Below are positions 23,838-36,909 of a DNA stretch of 64,000 nt, one piece after another. The notes below the pieces were generated by a model. That model saw only the letters and a program-made list of their open reading frames with translations. It searched no databases and was not told the DNA's origin. The translations under genes were made by a program, and so were the position numbers. Position 1 is the stretch's first letter. Every line of letters begins with the position of its first letter. Source of the stretch: Phoronis australis (lineage: Eukaryota; Animalia; Phoronida); assembly GCA_002633005.1 (NCBI GenBank), contig NMRA01000017.1, positions 12,463 through 76,462 of the forward strand, given 5' to 3'.

Positions 23838-26324
23838 TTTCCTGAAATTTGTAAACATCCATCAAGCTAGAATAATTTATACAGAAATATTTTTCCCACA
23901 GAGATACGGTGAATTGGCCATATATACTCGCATAATAGTAACCTGTTGAACTTGGTTGACCTTTCCTTTTACGAAATGACTTAAAAACACACTGCATGTA
24001 AAGAAAAATAAAGACGTGTTTCAAGTTAAGTGACAAACAATACTAGGGTGGATATAAAATAGTAAATGGGTCATCGTGAGAAAACGTTTTCAGGGTATGG
24101 CCTGCACCTGGTGACGATAGATGTTAGTGGCGTTTTTACCCTCCTAAGAGTTTTGCTCACCGTCGGCGCATCTTGCTGTAAGTGATCATGCTTCGTAGAG
24201 TGTATCATGAGTAAGACATATTAACCCAATTCCACCGGAAACGGAAGAATTTGTGGGATCAGTGGACACAAACTAAAATTTGAACAACTGATGGATTAAT
24301 AAAATGTAACTCACAGATATGTGAGGCACATTTATTTTAAATACAATTTCATAGACAATTACAATACCGTGTGCACGTTCATTCGATACGATGTTCGTCA
24401 GTTTGCATAGGACGTTGGCGTATATGGGGGAGAGCTCGGCTAGTTCGGCCCCATTTTCGAAAAAGTGGAAATTCAAGTCTCTTTCAGCTACTAGGTAAAA
24501 TCATTGAGGTTTTCTTGTTCTCGAGAATAAACATGGATATCTATTGCGAAATCTATGTACACGAAGAAGTAAGGGGTTGATCGTTATTCACATCAGTAAA
24601 GCCAAATCGCTATGAAATGATTAATACTCACCTGCAGTCAGTCGTCGTTTATCGGTAATAGTCTTACATGTACGTTTAAACGTCCCGTCCGTTGCCAAGC
24701 TTCATTTCACAAGAAAAAACTAACTTTTAGTACATGTGGATGGTCATAAACATAGGCTGTATTATCTGATAGTATGGTTCAACTCAGTCGTGTGCGGTAG
24801 ATAGCATCCTTGGGTGTTCACATTTTCACCTGTCGCGCTGTAAACCAAGCGGTCAATCGATATAAAACAGCAATTGCGAGTACAAGTTGACGTGCGTGTA
24901 AAATGACACATTGACTGTATTTATTATGCGACAAGTTTATTTATTTATTTTAAAACACCCGTAAGGGCGTTGTTATTTCTTCATGGGTCATTTAACTTCG
25001 TATCAAGCGTTGAGTCAAACGAGACATGTATTTTATTAGTGACAAAACTCGTTTGTCGTGTGTTTTGCACTGTTTCTCTTGTAGTGAAATGCGTACTTTG
25101 TTATAAAATAAGTTATATATCTAGTGTGGTTAGGTTTCTGTACTGATAACAAGCGCAAGCGCGTGCATCAGTACTTGCTATCAAGGAAACTATTCACGGG
25201 TTACTTTTTTGTCTGGTTACCAGTGCGATTTTATTTCCTGGTTTTATTTGTCACGATTGTGATATCTATTTTTGTAAACATGCTAATCAGCACGAGCGCG
25301 TATGCAGTTCACAATTCTCCAATTGTGTCGTTTCAGTACGGAGACTGAAGTGTACAGACTTAAAGTTATATACACAAAACTTTCATGTCGTGTTGGCACG
25401 GCGTTCCGCTACTTAAAAGTTGCGGGACGGGAGTAGTAAACAAGGCGTATAATTAATGTTAAAACAAATCACACTCTTTGATCCGCGTACGAAGAATCAC
25501 TATAATCCGCGTGACTTTGCGTTCCATAAAAATCAATTTTTCCCGCCATTGCTGCTACGTAACGCAAGGACGCGCCGCTTTGGGGATTTTCTGTACCCGG
25601 ATTAAAGATCAGAATTTTTGATGAATCAAATACGAAAAAACATGGATTAATGTACAATTGCCTCTTATTTCCGGGTCTCGCAACCAGTAACTTTAATACT
25701 TTGCTTTAACTCTCTCCAGTAGAAAACTTTTCATATTCATGACGCTCTCTAGTGTAATGAGAACACGAAAGTGAATTCCAGTTGATCCCGACTGGGATTT
25801 GGTGGACAGAACTTCAATTACTTCATAGTGATTCATTAATTTAAAAGCAGAGGAATAAAGTTCACTGCCATCCCCTCCCACTGTTGCTTTAAGTTCCCTA
25901 ATTTCTTTAACTTTTTGACACTAACTGGGATCGAAATTCTCCCGTTTTATTAGTCGCTGCCACTGACAGGCTTTGTCGCGGATAAGTGGAAAATGTATGG
26001 AACAAGATGTCCTTGTTCATTCATCCTTATTTCAAAAGGTTTGACTTTTTTCGCAAGACATTAGTACATACGACAGCACAGCAATGAAAATTTGTCGGCA
26101 TTATAATGACTGGAAAAGTGTTGACTAAATGTTTTTATACCGCATTACATGGGATCTGTAGGTGGCGCTGAATGATTGTCCACCAAAGATCTGATCGACG
26201 TCTAGTGGGTTAGTGAATTTCCCGTTTCTGACGTCCTCGATACACTTCGTTGGTGCAGCTTGGTAAGCAGACGTGCCTTTTATTTAAACTTTAGGGTGTA
26301 CAAAGCCACACATAGCCTTACACC

Positions 26325-26755
26325 TAATTACCTCACTTCTAAATTCAAAGCAGAAAGAGATTCAATACTAGAGCAAGTGTTTCTTGCTGCCTGATGCCTG
26401 ATAAACCTAAAAACAACTGCAGCAAAAGAACTTATGCCTACAGAGGTGCTGTAGCTTACAACGGGCAGGGCACTACCGTCACAAAAGCGCCCAGTGTCCA
26501 CGTCTTCAAACAGAAAGACTGGCACTTTGTGCGCGGTTCGGGACTTTAGGCTTCAGCTCATCATTATTTGCTCTATTTTATCTTATTTATTCATCTTATT
26601 ATACATATTATTTAATTTTTATAACTAATTTATGTCTTTTCAATCTAAGGGTACATAGCTGTCTGTATTTTACTTGAAAATCAGTGTATTCATTGAAGTG
26701 GTCACCCAGTCTTTGAAAGAAGTTTAAATAAATAAATAAATAAAATAAAATAAAT
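26325..26755 (+). mobile_element. CR1/L2-type LINE 3' fragment with (TAAA)n tail
   Basis: Reads ...LMPDKPKNNCSKRTYAYRGAVAYN...SVHVFKQ, like the CR1/L2 ORF2 C-terminus; AAATAAATAAA tail at ~26725-26755. Confidence 0.7.
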
Positions 26756-27425
26756 ATGGCGCGGCTATTTCGAAAGTTGCCTATCCAGGGCAGTCTGATC
26801 TCGTATCAAGTGTCCCTAGGTTAACGGTACAGTAGAGTAAAGTTTATTTAAAGTGCAGTTTAAGTTATAAACAAGTGAGCATGAGAACAAGTGACGGTTT
26901 CCGACGATGAGATTATGCACAAATATTTACAAACATAGCTTAGAGCCACAAGAGGAGATTCCGCTACCTATAGAGGGAGTACACGTATGAGATGAATTGA
27001 GAGAACATCCCACAGAGGTCGCAACTGTTACAGTGGAAGAGTCGTGAAGTATTCATGGATATCTGACTGAAAACTTCTCAGTGCACTGATGACTCTGTCA
27101 TTGTTTATGTACTATGGCTTTGAATAATTGGAGATGTCTTAAATTCATAGAAGTAAGACAAATGAACTTGTTGAGACTCTCATGAATACTTTTATTGGCA
27201 ACCAGGATTTGCTTACGTTTTTCCCAAAAGAAACGGGAATCCCTGAAAAACAACAAGGGAATAACGATTAACTTACACGTTTTGCTTATCGAACTATGAT
27301 TTTACTTTTGTTTGCACTTGCACTTAAACCAAAATGTGTATACTTAGAGATACATGTCCTTTGCATTCACCAATTTAGAACATAATCTAATTTTCAAGTT
27401 GATCCCTGCAGTCCTAGTTGATTAA

Positions 27426-27635
27426 AAGGATACTAAACCCGGTTTTGGCCTATTAACGGATATTAAAAACGACGTTCCCATCGAATTGTTTGAAACAGAA
27501 TAATTCTCTGTAACCCTCGACAGCCCTCAAAGGTTTGGAGGAAAATTTGAAAACTGGTTCCAATGTCTGCTAAACGGGCAAGCGTTACCTACGCTTTCAA
27601 AGAATTGCTCGCCGGCAAATGTGGGGAAAGACCAC
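27426..27635. mobile_element. Partial copy of the Kolobok-type MITE family seen at 48700-49601 (inverted, without the Penelope insert)
   Basis: TTAA-AAGGATACTAAACCC start; colinear with the reverse complement of 48860-48940 plus 49477-49601. Confidence 0.7.
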
Positions 27636-29095
27636 CTACTAAGAACCACAAAATCCAATCTCAGAGATAGGGAGTATGAACCTTTGGCTATTTCCAAATT
27701 GTATCTTTCAAGATTGACGCCAATACCTGCATCGGCAGCTGAAAAAACGACGATTGGTTTAAATCATCAAGACAGGGTTTATAATTATTTTAAGAACGAG
27801 TGCCTTCGGAAGTGACGTTCGCGGCCCGAATGATTTCCTGCCACATTTCAGTGTGAAGATTCATTGTGGACATCTGTTGATTGCATATTCTAACAAACTG
27901 TCGTATTTATTTGTCTTCGACGAGTATTCAGATTCACGAAGAATCCTAGATTGAACTAGAACTCAGTTGAGAGGCACTGTTTGATCTGAAGTGAGACGGC
28001 GACAACCAAAACGTATCACGTATATAGTGAAGCTGTGCTGGTTGTTGGCCTTGGGCCCTGCGGTGACTGTTCACACGCATGGGTGACGGCATCGCGGCCT
28101 CGAATCACTACAGTGGCAGCAGCTGGTGACGCTTCGGGTTTCAAAAAGCACTACCAGTAGGTGGCGGTAGAGTTGAGAATGGAACTACCGACACTGTGAC
28201 ATTCTTCTTCAGAACAGGTTGAGTGGGTATCTTCGTGATCTCTGCGTAAATGTCTTTTCGCAATCGGACGGTAACAAATGCTTGCCCCATACACGAAAGT
28301 TTTGCACCGTTTTAGTCGTAACGTGAACGGTCAACGCTGCGTTCTTAACACGAACCAGCCAACTCCGACGTATTTTCGCATCCACTGAAAACTTGTGAAA
28401 AGAACTCCTACAATGTTCGATAGCTCAGTGATGCTTGCATCCTTGTACGCAATAACTTCCAGACATACTGAATAATACTCAGAGAAAGGCAAATAACATT
28501 CTAACTTATTACAAGATGCCGTACAAAATGACACATCCGATATCAAGCACTGTTCAAAGTGTAGGGTATGTAAACAACGATGCAGGGGTACGACGTCCTG
28601 AGAACATCATTTCCGGAGTGGCGCAAGCATACTTTATCAGAACGAGGGGGTTGTTTAACTTGAAAGCTTACCTTGGATGACCAGAAAATCGTAATTGAAT
28701 CAAAATGCGATTACCTTCCCCAAAATAAATGACACAGTCTGATAAAGCTAACTTGTTTTTGTTATTTAATTTTTACCACTTCGAAATAATGGTTTCGTCC
28801 TTGTACAAGAAAAACAGGCACAAAACATTTTTAATTTTTACGAATATCGTGTGAAATTCTTTGCAAAATGAATTGCTAGTGTGGTAAAAATCTATTGTAA
28901 CCAAATGGCGTCGTTTTCGATATCTCCACTAGATTCAAATTCTTATAGTCTTAGTAGGTTCGAGATTATGTGTCCGTTTTCTTTTACGAGTGTGAAGTGT
29001 ACAGAACTCTGGGAACCAGTCTCAGAGTACTCTGGTATCTCGTACTCTTGGGGAACAGATCAGACATCTCTAACCCCTCTGTAGCAAACTTGGTT

Positions 29096-29496
29096 CTATT
29101 TTAAACTATAAACGAGTCCCACAGCAAACGAAATAACAAGCAATGTCGCGTGGCTGTTTAAATCGTCTGCCCTCGAAAACGCAGAAAAAGCACAATCAGA
29201 TCTACTTTTTTCGCTATCTTTCAGGCACACCTGGTGCACGTATTCTCTTCGTTTCGCATTTGTTGTCGCTTTACTCGTCATGTCCTTGCACATGTCAAGA
29301 AGGACAGAAAGTAATCCCTTGAAGTAATCGAGGCAGGAACTGCCCGTGGCTTTGTTGTCAGTGATAAGTGAATTGAAGTCGGCATTGAACTGACCCACAG
29401 TGTTGTACTTGCACGTGCTTGTGCCCGGGCTCGTGTAATTCACCCGGGCTTCGCTGTATTTCACTACAAGCGGTGGGAATCTTGGGTTCTCTTCGG
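29096..29496 (-). CDS. Gene B (paralog of gene A) exon 7: Cys-containing domain and GPI-type tail
   Basis: cattgcAG acceptor, phase 1; ...TSTCKYNTVGQFN...CLDYFKGLLSVLLDMC...SDCAF...ATLLVISFAVGLVYSLK*. Confidence 0.88.
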
Positions 29497-29559
29497 CTGC
29501 AATGAGATGATAAAAGTTGACAAGGTCTAACTGACTATTAGCAACGACAGACCTATTTA

Positions 29560-29970
29560 CCTTCTTCCTGCCTCTTCAAAATTATTTGAATAATTGCACA
29601 TGGCCAACTCTATGGCTGCTTCACTACAAGCAATCTTGTATAAACATCGATGTGACTTTCGGAAATTAAGATCTGCAGGCTCTACAGTACTCCAACTAAG
29701 TGACGGAGTTTAACAGATATCTGGGAAAATGGATAAACTGAGTACGGCACCCTCTTTGACCTTTCAAAAGCGTTTAATATAATAAACTGCAGTGTCTTAC
29801 AAGACGGACTTTAATTTTACGGTATGGTCAAATATTCAACCAATCGACTGCACCTCTTTATTTGGCAATTGCGCCTCCCCAAAAATTCACTATATTCACA
29901 AGTGTTTGTTTGCCCAATGATCTGTCTTTGATCCCCTCCTATTTTTATCTTAACAACCCCTAATAATTCA
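29560..29970 (+). mobile_element. Decayed CR1/L2 LINE reverse-transcriptase fragment
   Basis: With frameshifts reads STVLQL...FDLSKAFNII...FYG...GSVFDPLLY, resembling RT motifs DLSKAFD and QGSVLGPLLF. Confidence 0.6.
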
Positions 29971-30231
29971 TTTCTCGTGAGACAACACCTGGAAGTCCCC
30001 TGGCGGCCATATTGTTTCGGTAGCTGAAGCTAACACCCCCGCGCGTGACAAGCAAGTCCCATGAGCTTGGTCACAAGCAAAAACCAACTGTCAGCTCATC
30101 TCAAGTCTGGAAATTAGCTCCAGTTTGAGCAGGGAGAGAAATCAGATCGATTATATTACGGTAATAGGTTTAAATCAAAAGCGGTTCTAACACAAATGCG
30201 GGTTTATTGCCCAATTTATACAAGCACTTAC

Positions 30232-30333
30232 TCGACAGTTGGTCTTTAAGAAAATACGAAACTCCGCGGTACTCTATCCAAGTGATGTTCGGGTTACCGA
30301 ACTTTTTATATACTTGAATGTTGTACCCTCCAG
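30232..30333 (-). CDS. Gene B exon 6
   Basis: tttcAG / GTAAGT, phase 1-1; AGGYNIQVYKKFGNPNITWIEYRGVSYFLKDQLS. Confidence 0.88.
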
Positions 30334-30454
30334 CTGAAACAAATTAAGTTGGTTAGGTCAAAAAAGCATGATGGCTCTGGGGGGGTTAAGTCTTAAAACT
30401 GTTTGGGTGACGCACCCACTTCATAAAAGCTGAAGAAGGATTTAGCTAAGTAAT

Positions 30455-31145
30455 TAGAGAGGTTTCACAAAGCGACGTGAACGTGAATTATCACGCATAC
30501 TGAAGTGCACGCAAAAATGGGTTTTGCAAGAGCTAAATGTTTACGTGAACGTGAAAGTAAACGTGAACTGAATAACTGAGCTCGGGTGTCCAGTTATTGT
30601 AGGCATAGTACATGTCAGCTAGTCACTCTGCCAATGCAACTTCTTTTACGTGAAAAACGTCGTTTCTATGAACTTCTGCGAGAAATGGTTAAGTCTTAGA
30701 ATGCGCAATTTATTTGAAGTTTAAAATAAATAAATGCATGTAAAATAAGCAAGTAAAAAATTTAACAACACAAAATTATATGTGTTAAAACTCCATTCTA
30801 GTTCCATGATATCCAGCGAACCCCTGTAGAATAAGGATTTTTGAAAAGGTACTTTCTTGCAAATAAACTTGAAGAGCATTCATAGACAAAAAATTGTGTT
30901 CATTTTATACTGAAGCAAAGAAGAAAGATTGAGAACCCTATCAAAATAAAAATCATTTCGATGTCTCACCAAATAAGAAATGAAAAGGGCCGCGGGTTTC
31001 TCGTTTAAAGCAACGCGATTCTCTCTGTATTCGCGTACAATACTGGAACACAATCGGGATTACGTCACAGCCAACAATGGCATGTATGACGTGGTATTAT
31101 AAATGCGTGATAATTCGCGTTCACATCACTTTGCATCACAGTCTA
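30455..31145. mobile_element. Non-autonomous TIR element with TAG...CTA termini
   Basis: CAAAGCGACGTGAACGTGAATTATCACGCAT at the left is inverted to ATGCGTGATAATTCGCGTTCACATCACTTTG at the right; no clear TSD. Confidence 0.7.
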
Positions 31146-31834
31146 GAAATAATTTACAGAAATTGTCGCAGTAACTAGCAGTTACGTGTATATTTTTAGT
31201 GACATTTCCTTATTTTTCTGAAGCAGTTATGTGGAGCGTAAGACCAAATTCCTGACCAAGTTATGAGGTTATGTAGAACGTTCTTGACAAGTTTGCGGAT
31301 TTAGCCAAATATGTAGAAAACTGAATATTTTGAGTCGGTGAAAATGTTTACTTTCTGAAAGTAGAAAGCTGAAAGAGTGTGATTTTTAACTTTTTACCAA
31401 TATGCCATTAATTGGGTCACGTGACCATGTCTCTTTTAGTAAAATGTAGCAAAAAGAAAGGTTCATCGCAAAACAATTGTATCAATTACATGCTAGAATT
31501 TAATTTCGTGAAAAAGTCTTATTTTAATAGCCCCTCGTGTAACGGTGAAACAGCGTTTTGGAGAACAGCTCTTAAAACGTAGTATCTTAAAGTTTCATTT
31601 GAAACAGATGAGACATTTTGAAACACGGTGACCCAAAGTTAGCCAAACTAAGTGGAAATTGTGCCCACATTTTGAGAACCAGTTCGATGCCCGTTATTCA
31701 ATAGAAAAACTAGTTCCCAAAATGCGGTCACGTAATATCCTAATATTACTCACAATTTTACGGTCCTACATAAGCTACAGAATTGATTTGCCCAAAAGGG
31801 TTACGTCAGCCTTAGGTGTCGAATCAAAACTTAC

Positions 31835-31990
31835 CTTCATTTGCGTCGCAGCCCATCTCTTCATTGTTTGCGTTGACACATCTGTCTGGAACAACGCTTT
31901 TACCAGCACATCTGTACTGCGAGTTCATGCATTTATTTTTCTCTTGACAGAAGAATTCTCCAACCTTGCACTGCCTGTAGGTGGAGAAAC
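31835..31990 (-). CDS. Gene B exon 5: LDLa-like repeat
   Basis: cgtcAG / GTAAGT, phase 1-1; CKVGEFFCQEKNKCMNSQYRCAGKSVVPDRCVNANNEEMGC. Confidence 0.9.
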
Positions 31991-32266
31991 CTGACGGGAG
32001 GAAGGTGTGTGTACAATGAAATATCAAGATTGCGAAACTGTTACACTCGGTATACACCACCACGTACACCACTGACCTCAAGGTAAACAACTTTTACAGC
32101 GCATGCGCAACTGATTATGGAGTCCATAACTTGAAGCCAATAAAAATGCCGAGCTGCAGATTTGCTGTTTTTCTTGTATTGTCAACGGTCCTACTCTTAT
32201 CATCGTTACGTGATAAATTACAGGTAGAGGATCGAGTGTGAAAGGGAAAGAAGACTTCATACTTAC

Positions 32267-32390
32267 CGAAGACAACTGACTGTTCTCGGGGTTTGGAGAA
32301 ATCGCAGCTCAAAGTAAAGAAGCGGGAATTTTGGTGGAGCAACACCGTATCGTTTGTATGCACTGATATGTTAACTCTCACTATGTCTCC
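32267..32390 (-). CDS. Gene B exon 4: second half of the ZP-N-like domain
   Basis: ttacAG / GTAAGT, phase 0-1; GDIVRVNISVHTNDTVLLHQNSRFFTLSCDFSKPREQSVVF. Confidence 0.88.
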
Positions 32391-33128
32391 CTGTAACAAT
32401 CCAACCAGTAATAATTTGATGGACATGGATGATGACTTGAGTTGGGTGTGAATATGAAAGAGACGGTAATCCATGTGAACAAAAACCTTAAAAAGTGATT
32501 ATAACAGCGTCACACGACAGATAAACCAGAAAAATCCTATAGATGGCGCCATCAGCTCTCACACATAAAGTAACAAGGATGTTACCAATGATCAGCTGTA
32601 CCATATTTATCTCATTGGATGTTACAGCCTCGTCCCGAAGTCGTAAGATGGCGCTGATCGGTTTTATTTATTTGAGGCTTGTTGACGGAGGAGAACTATG
32701 ATGTTTTACGGAAATCGCAAGAATTCCACGAGTGTTATTGTGTACATGACCTCTAAAATTTGTTTAGTATAATACAAGAAGTCAAAATGAGCAGTTTTAA
32801 TGCAGCACTTTAGGTTTACTGCTCATTGAAAACGTGTTTGAAGGTTTCTTGTGTCGCTCTTGTCAGTGGTGAACGTCGTTCAGAAAAGATATCTTCTCAC
32901 CACGTGCTATCAAGCAGCCACGGTGACAAAACGCGTACAAGAATAGTTGTGTAGGTAATTCAAAGGGACTTATGAAATTATCTCTTAGAAGTAAACAATC
33001 CGTTGCGAAGTGTTTGGAGTTCTATTTAAAGTCTGTTATTTTCTTTTTGTGGCGATTTGTGAAAAATGATCCTGCAGCGGCCACATGCCGTCCGACTCAG
33101 TGGAAGGCTGGAATGGCTGATACTGCAC

Positions 33129-33363
33129 CAGAGGCGGATCTACGGGGGGTCAAGTTCCGAGCTGGCAGGGGGTTCAAACCCCCCTCTCCGGACAGGATTG
33201 AAAATAAAAACTGAAATAAATTTCGCCAGAAAAATGAAATCCGCTTCTAAAAACCACAAAAATGTTACATGGGAGAGAGAAACCTTCCCTCCGCTCGGTG
33301 CAACGCGACTCGGATTCACTCGAATCCTAAGCCCCCCTTACTGAAAACGTAGATCTGCCACTG
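33129..33363. mobile_element. hAT-like GC-rich MITE with 5-bp TSD TGCAC
   Basis: TIR CAGAGGCGGATCTACG / CGTAGATCTGCCACTG; TGCAC at 33124-33128 and 33364-33368. Confidence 0.8.
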
Positions 33364-33734
33364 TGCACTGTTTAAAATTGAACATTACCGAGACGTCCGG
33401 GCTTCCGGCCTCAAATCAGACTGCATCCTTATTGTATGAATCCTACTTTCCAATGACGTGGTTAGGTTCTATTCGTCAACGCGGTGATCGCACGTGATTG
33501 ATCACAATACCAGCATTTCGCAAAATATTGATATGATGCAAACTACTCGCCAGACGGCAGATAGGACGCTACTTTTAAGCGGCTGATCTGCCCTCGTGTA
33601 AAAATTGCAAATGTGAACACGGCATCAGCAGTTCTGGTCTCCCTCGCCTCAATTTCCAAGAAAAAGAAACAGACCAGAACCATTGTGCTATTTTCTTTGA
33701 TAGAATTATCTTCCGCCGGTTCGAGGCACCATAG

Positions 33735-35058
33735 GAAGATAAACCAGGAGGTATGCGGAGACGAAGCGAGATACGGAAGAAAAGTAGTTGAACTGAAGAT
33801 GAACCAGGAGGTGTGCGGAGAGGAAGTGAGATACGTAAAAGAAGTAGTTGAACTGAAGATGAACCAGGAGGTGTGCGGAGACGAAGCGAGATAAGGAAGA
33901 CAAGAGTTGAACTGAAGATGAACCAAGAGGTGTGCGGAGAGGAAGCGAGATAAGGAATAGAAGTCGCAGAGTTGAACTGAGGATGAACCAGGAGGTGTGC
34001 AGAGACGAAGTGAGATACGGAAGGGAAGTAGTTGAACTGAAGATGAACCAGGAGGTGTGCGGAGACGAAGCGAGATACTGAAGAGAAGTAGTTGAACTGA
34101 AGATGAACCAAGAGGTGTGCGGAGACGAAGCGAGATACGAAAGAGAAGTAGTTGAACTGTAGATGAACCAGGAGGTGTGCGAAGACGACGCGAGATACGG
34201 AAGAAAATTAGTTGAACTAAGATGAACCAAGAGGTGTGCGGAGACGAAGCGAGATACGAAAGAGCAGTAGTTGAACTGTAGATGAACCAGGAGGTGTGCG
34301 AAGACGACGCGAGATACGGAAGAAAATTAGTTGAACTAAGATGAACCAGGACGGGTGCGGAGACGAAGCGAGATGCGGAAGAGGCGTAGTTGAACTGAAG
34401 ATGAACCAAGAGGTGTGCGGAGACGAAGCGAGATACAGAAGAGAAGTAGTTGAACTGAAGATGAACCAAGAGGTGTGCGGAGACGAAGCGAGATACGAAA
34501 GAGAAGTAGTTGAACTGTAGATGAACCAGGAGGTGTGCGAAGACGACGCGAGATACGGAAGAAAATTAGTTGAACTAAGATGAACCAGGACGGGTGCGGA
34601 GACGAAGCGAGATGCGGAAGAGGCGTAGTTGAACTGAAGATGAACCAAGAGGTGTGCGGAGACGAAGCGAGATACAGAAGAGAAGTAGTTGAACTGAAGA
34701 TGAACCAAGAGGTGTGCGGAGACGAAGCGAGATACGAAAGAGAAGTAGTTGAACTGTAGATGAACCAGGAGGTGTGCGAAGACGACGCGAGATACGGAAG
34801 AGAATTAGTTGAACTAAGATGAACCAGGACGTGTGCGGAGACGAAGCGAGATGCGGAAGAGACGTAGTTGAACTGAAGATGAACCAAGAGGTGTGCGGAG
34901 ACGAAGCGAGATACGACAGAGAAGTAGTTGAACTGTAGATGAACCAGGAGGTGTGCGGAGACGACGCTAGATACGGAAGAGAAGTAGTTGAACTGTAGAT
35001 GAACCATGAGGTGTGCGGAGACGACGCGAGATACGAAAGAGAAGTAGTTGAACTGAAG
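33735..35058. repeat. 60-bp purine-rich minisatellite, ~22 copies, with a 239-bp higher-order repeat, in intron 3 of gene B
   Basis: Unit GAAGATGAACCAGGAGGTGTGCGGAGACGAAGCGAGATACGGAAGAGAAGTAGTTGAACT; 59-bp variants at ~34217, 34336, 34575, 34814. Confidence 0.97.
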
Positions 35059-36016
35059 TAAGAGAGGAGAAATATATTGGAAAAGGAATGCGTAGAAGGA
35101 GAAAGAGGAGGAGAGGAAGAAGGAGTCATAGGAGAAAAGAAGAAGGAGGAAAACAAGAAATATTTATTAGAATTTATTGACTTGGCGCTCAAAATACAAG
35201 CATACATAGAGCATCGAATGGAAGAGTGAAGCAATAGCAAGGATTGGGAACAGCACGGGTGTAGCACTCTCATACGTTCCTCATTAAAAATGCGTCTGGC
35301 CGGCAGCTAGCTCACCGACTGAAAAATTAATGCAGCACTCACAAATATGGCACCAGGATTGCAAAGCACGGTGCCATACTCACAACACATGGTTTACGCT
35401 CCCAAAAACACAGTTCGCCACATCAACTCGTGTCCGGACAAAAATACGGTTCACGAATTCCATGTCCGTGTGCCATAGTAAGTGAGCTGTGTTTGTGAAT
35501 CTAAAGTATGTTTTGCCTGCACGAAAAGCATTATTGAGTACGTAGAATGTGTTAGCGGTCGATGAACTGTGTTTAAAAGTGAATAGCAATGTTTACGTTT
35601 ATGTTTCGACAGCCTTGCTATCTCCGCAACTATAGAGACTTTAAACCAGCCTTCCGTCCAAAAGTGAACTTAAAAATTACGACAGTGACAGATTTAAAAT
35701 TGCCATAAACTTGTTCCTTGCTCTGGTGAGAAATGGTTTCATGTTAAGAAGTTATAGTTCATAATTCCTCTGCGTACAAAATGACCATCCGTGATAAGCG
35801 AACTTGTAGAACTTATCTCAAGCGACGAATTTACAGTTTATTTGAAAATTCTGAATCATCCCCTTCACATTTGCTAAAGAAGAGTTTGACACCAAACGGT
35901 CCGTAGTCGGGACCAGAGGTAGTTCTTCCGTGTGATGGGTTGGCAATGAAAGTGCATGATGGTAAATTGCGACTGAAGAAGTAGTGGGTTCAGAGAAATG
36001 ATACTTTTTGATATCA

Positions 36017-36497
36017 AGATTATGCAGGACCCCAAAAATGTCCACATTTGGCTAACTTCGAAACATCTTATCTCAGAAATGGCAGATCGGATTCAAATGA
36101 AACTTTCCGATATTAAGTTTTATGCACTTTTCTCCACATACTGGCAGCAGTTGCGCTTAAATATTCCACTTTTGCGTGAAGGGCTCAACTAGGACTTTTT
36201 ATGATTTTCATGAAAAAAATCAAAAGTTGAATCAAATGAATCTAAACAATAATTTAGAAACTATCACAGCGTCTTGAGAATTCACGTTGAATATTAGGAT
36301 CAATGAAATTTGGTCATGCCTTGAATATCATTGAATGTACCTTTGGTTTTTGCTCAATTTTACCCAAGATACGTGGTCGCGTGACTCATTCAATGGCAGA
36401 TTGATTTCACACAGAAAGCAGAGTGTCTGTCAAAAATATTATTTTATAAAATCTATACTTTTATAGATATTTGAGTCAGTCTTGTCCTACATTACCC
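36017..36497 (+). mobile_element. Kolobok-type non-autonomous family copy with both ends
   Basis: GATTATGCAGGAC ... GTCCTACATTACC imperfect TIR plus the shared core. Confidence 0.6.
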
Positions 36498-36697
36498 CCA
36501 TGCAACGCCAGCCTTGAAAACTACTTATTTCATACGACAAGTACACTGTAAGCTTTTCTTAAAACATGTGATAAAAGAATAAAACGATGAGTTAATGGGT
36601 TGCCTCAAATCAAAGTTTTACCATCGCTCTCTAGATTTATTCTAGTTTGCGATTTCGGTATGACCTACTAAGCGTTGCGTGAGTGTAAAAAAAATAC

Positions 36698-36909
36698 CTG
36701 CACTTTAAAGTTACACTTGACAAAATCTTTTTCATAGATAGTCAGCACAACACTGTTATCGTGTGAAGCTGTGCCCTCAGCACTGCAGATGGCGTGGTGA
36801 GTTGCATTAGAATAGCCTTGGGTTCCAATGGTAGTTAATCCTTCATTTTTATCGTCCACGAGCTTCACTGTCATAGACTTCGAGTGAGTCGAACCACAAG
36901 CGTAACTGA
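36698..36909 (-). CDS. Gene B exon 3: first half of the ZP-N-like domain
   Basis: tttacAG / GTATTT, phase 1-0; ISYACGSTHSKSMTVKLVDD...AICSAEGTASHDNSVVLTIYEKDFVKCNFKVQ. Confidence 0.88.

Noticed and set aside
33543-35273. Several long minus-strand ORFs (up to 308 aa), and a CRISPR-like appearance
   Set aside because: By-products of a stop-poor 60-bp tandem repeat; no unique spacers, no cas genes, eukaryotic intron context
35384-35516. AG/GT-bounded segment in gene B intron 3 that looked like an alternative ZP-N second-half exon (GKTYFRFTN...ANCVF)
   Set aside because: The open frame is phase-incompatible with exon 3; the compatible phase-0 frame hits a TGA; no similarity to the exon 4 pair
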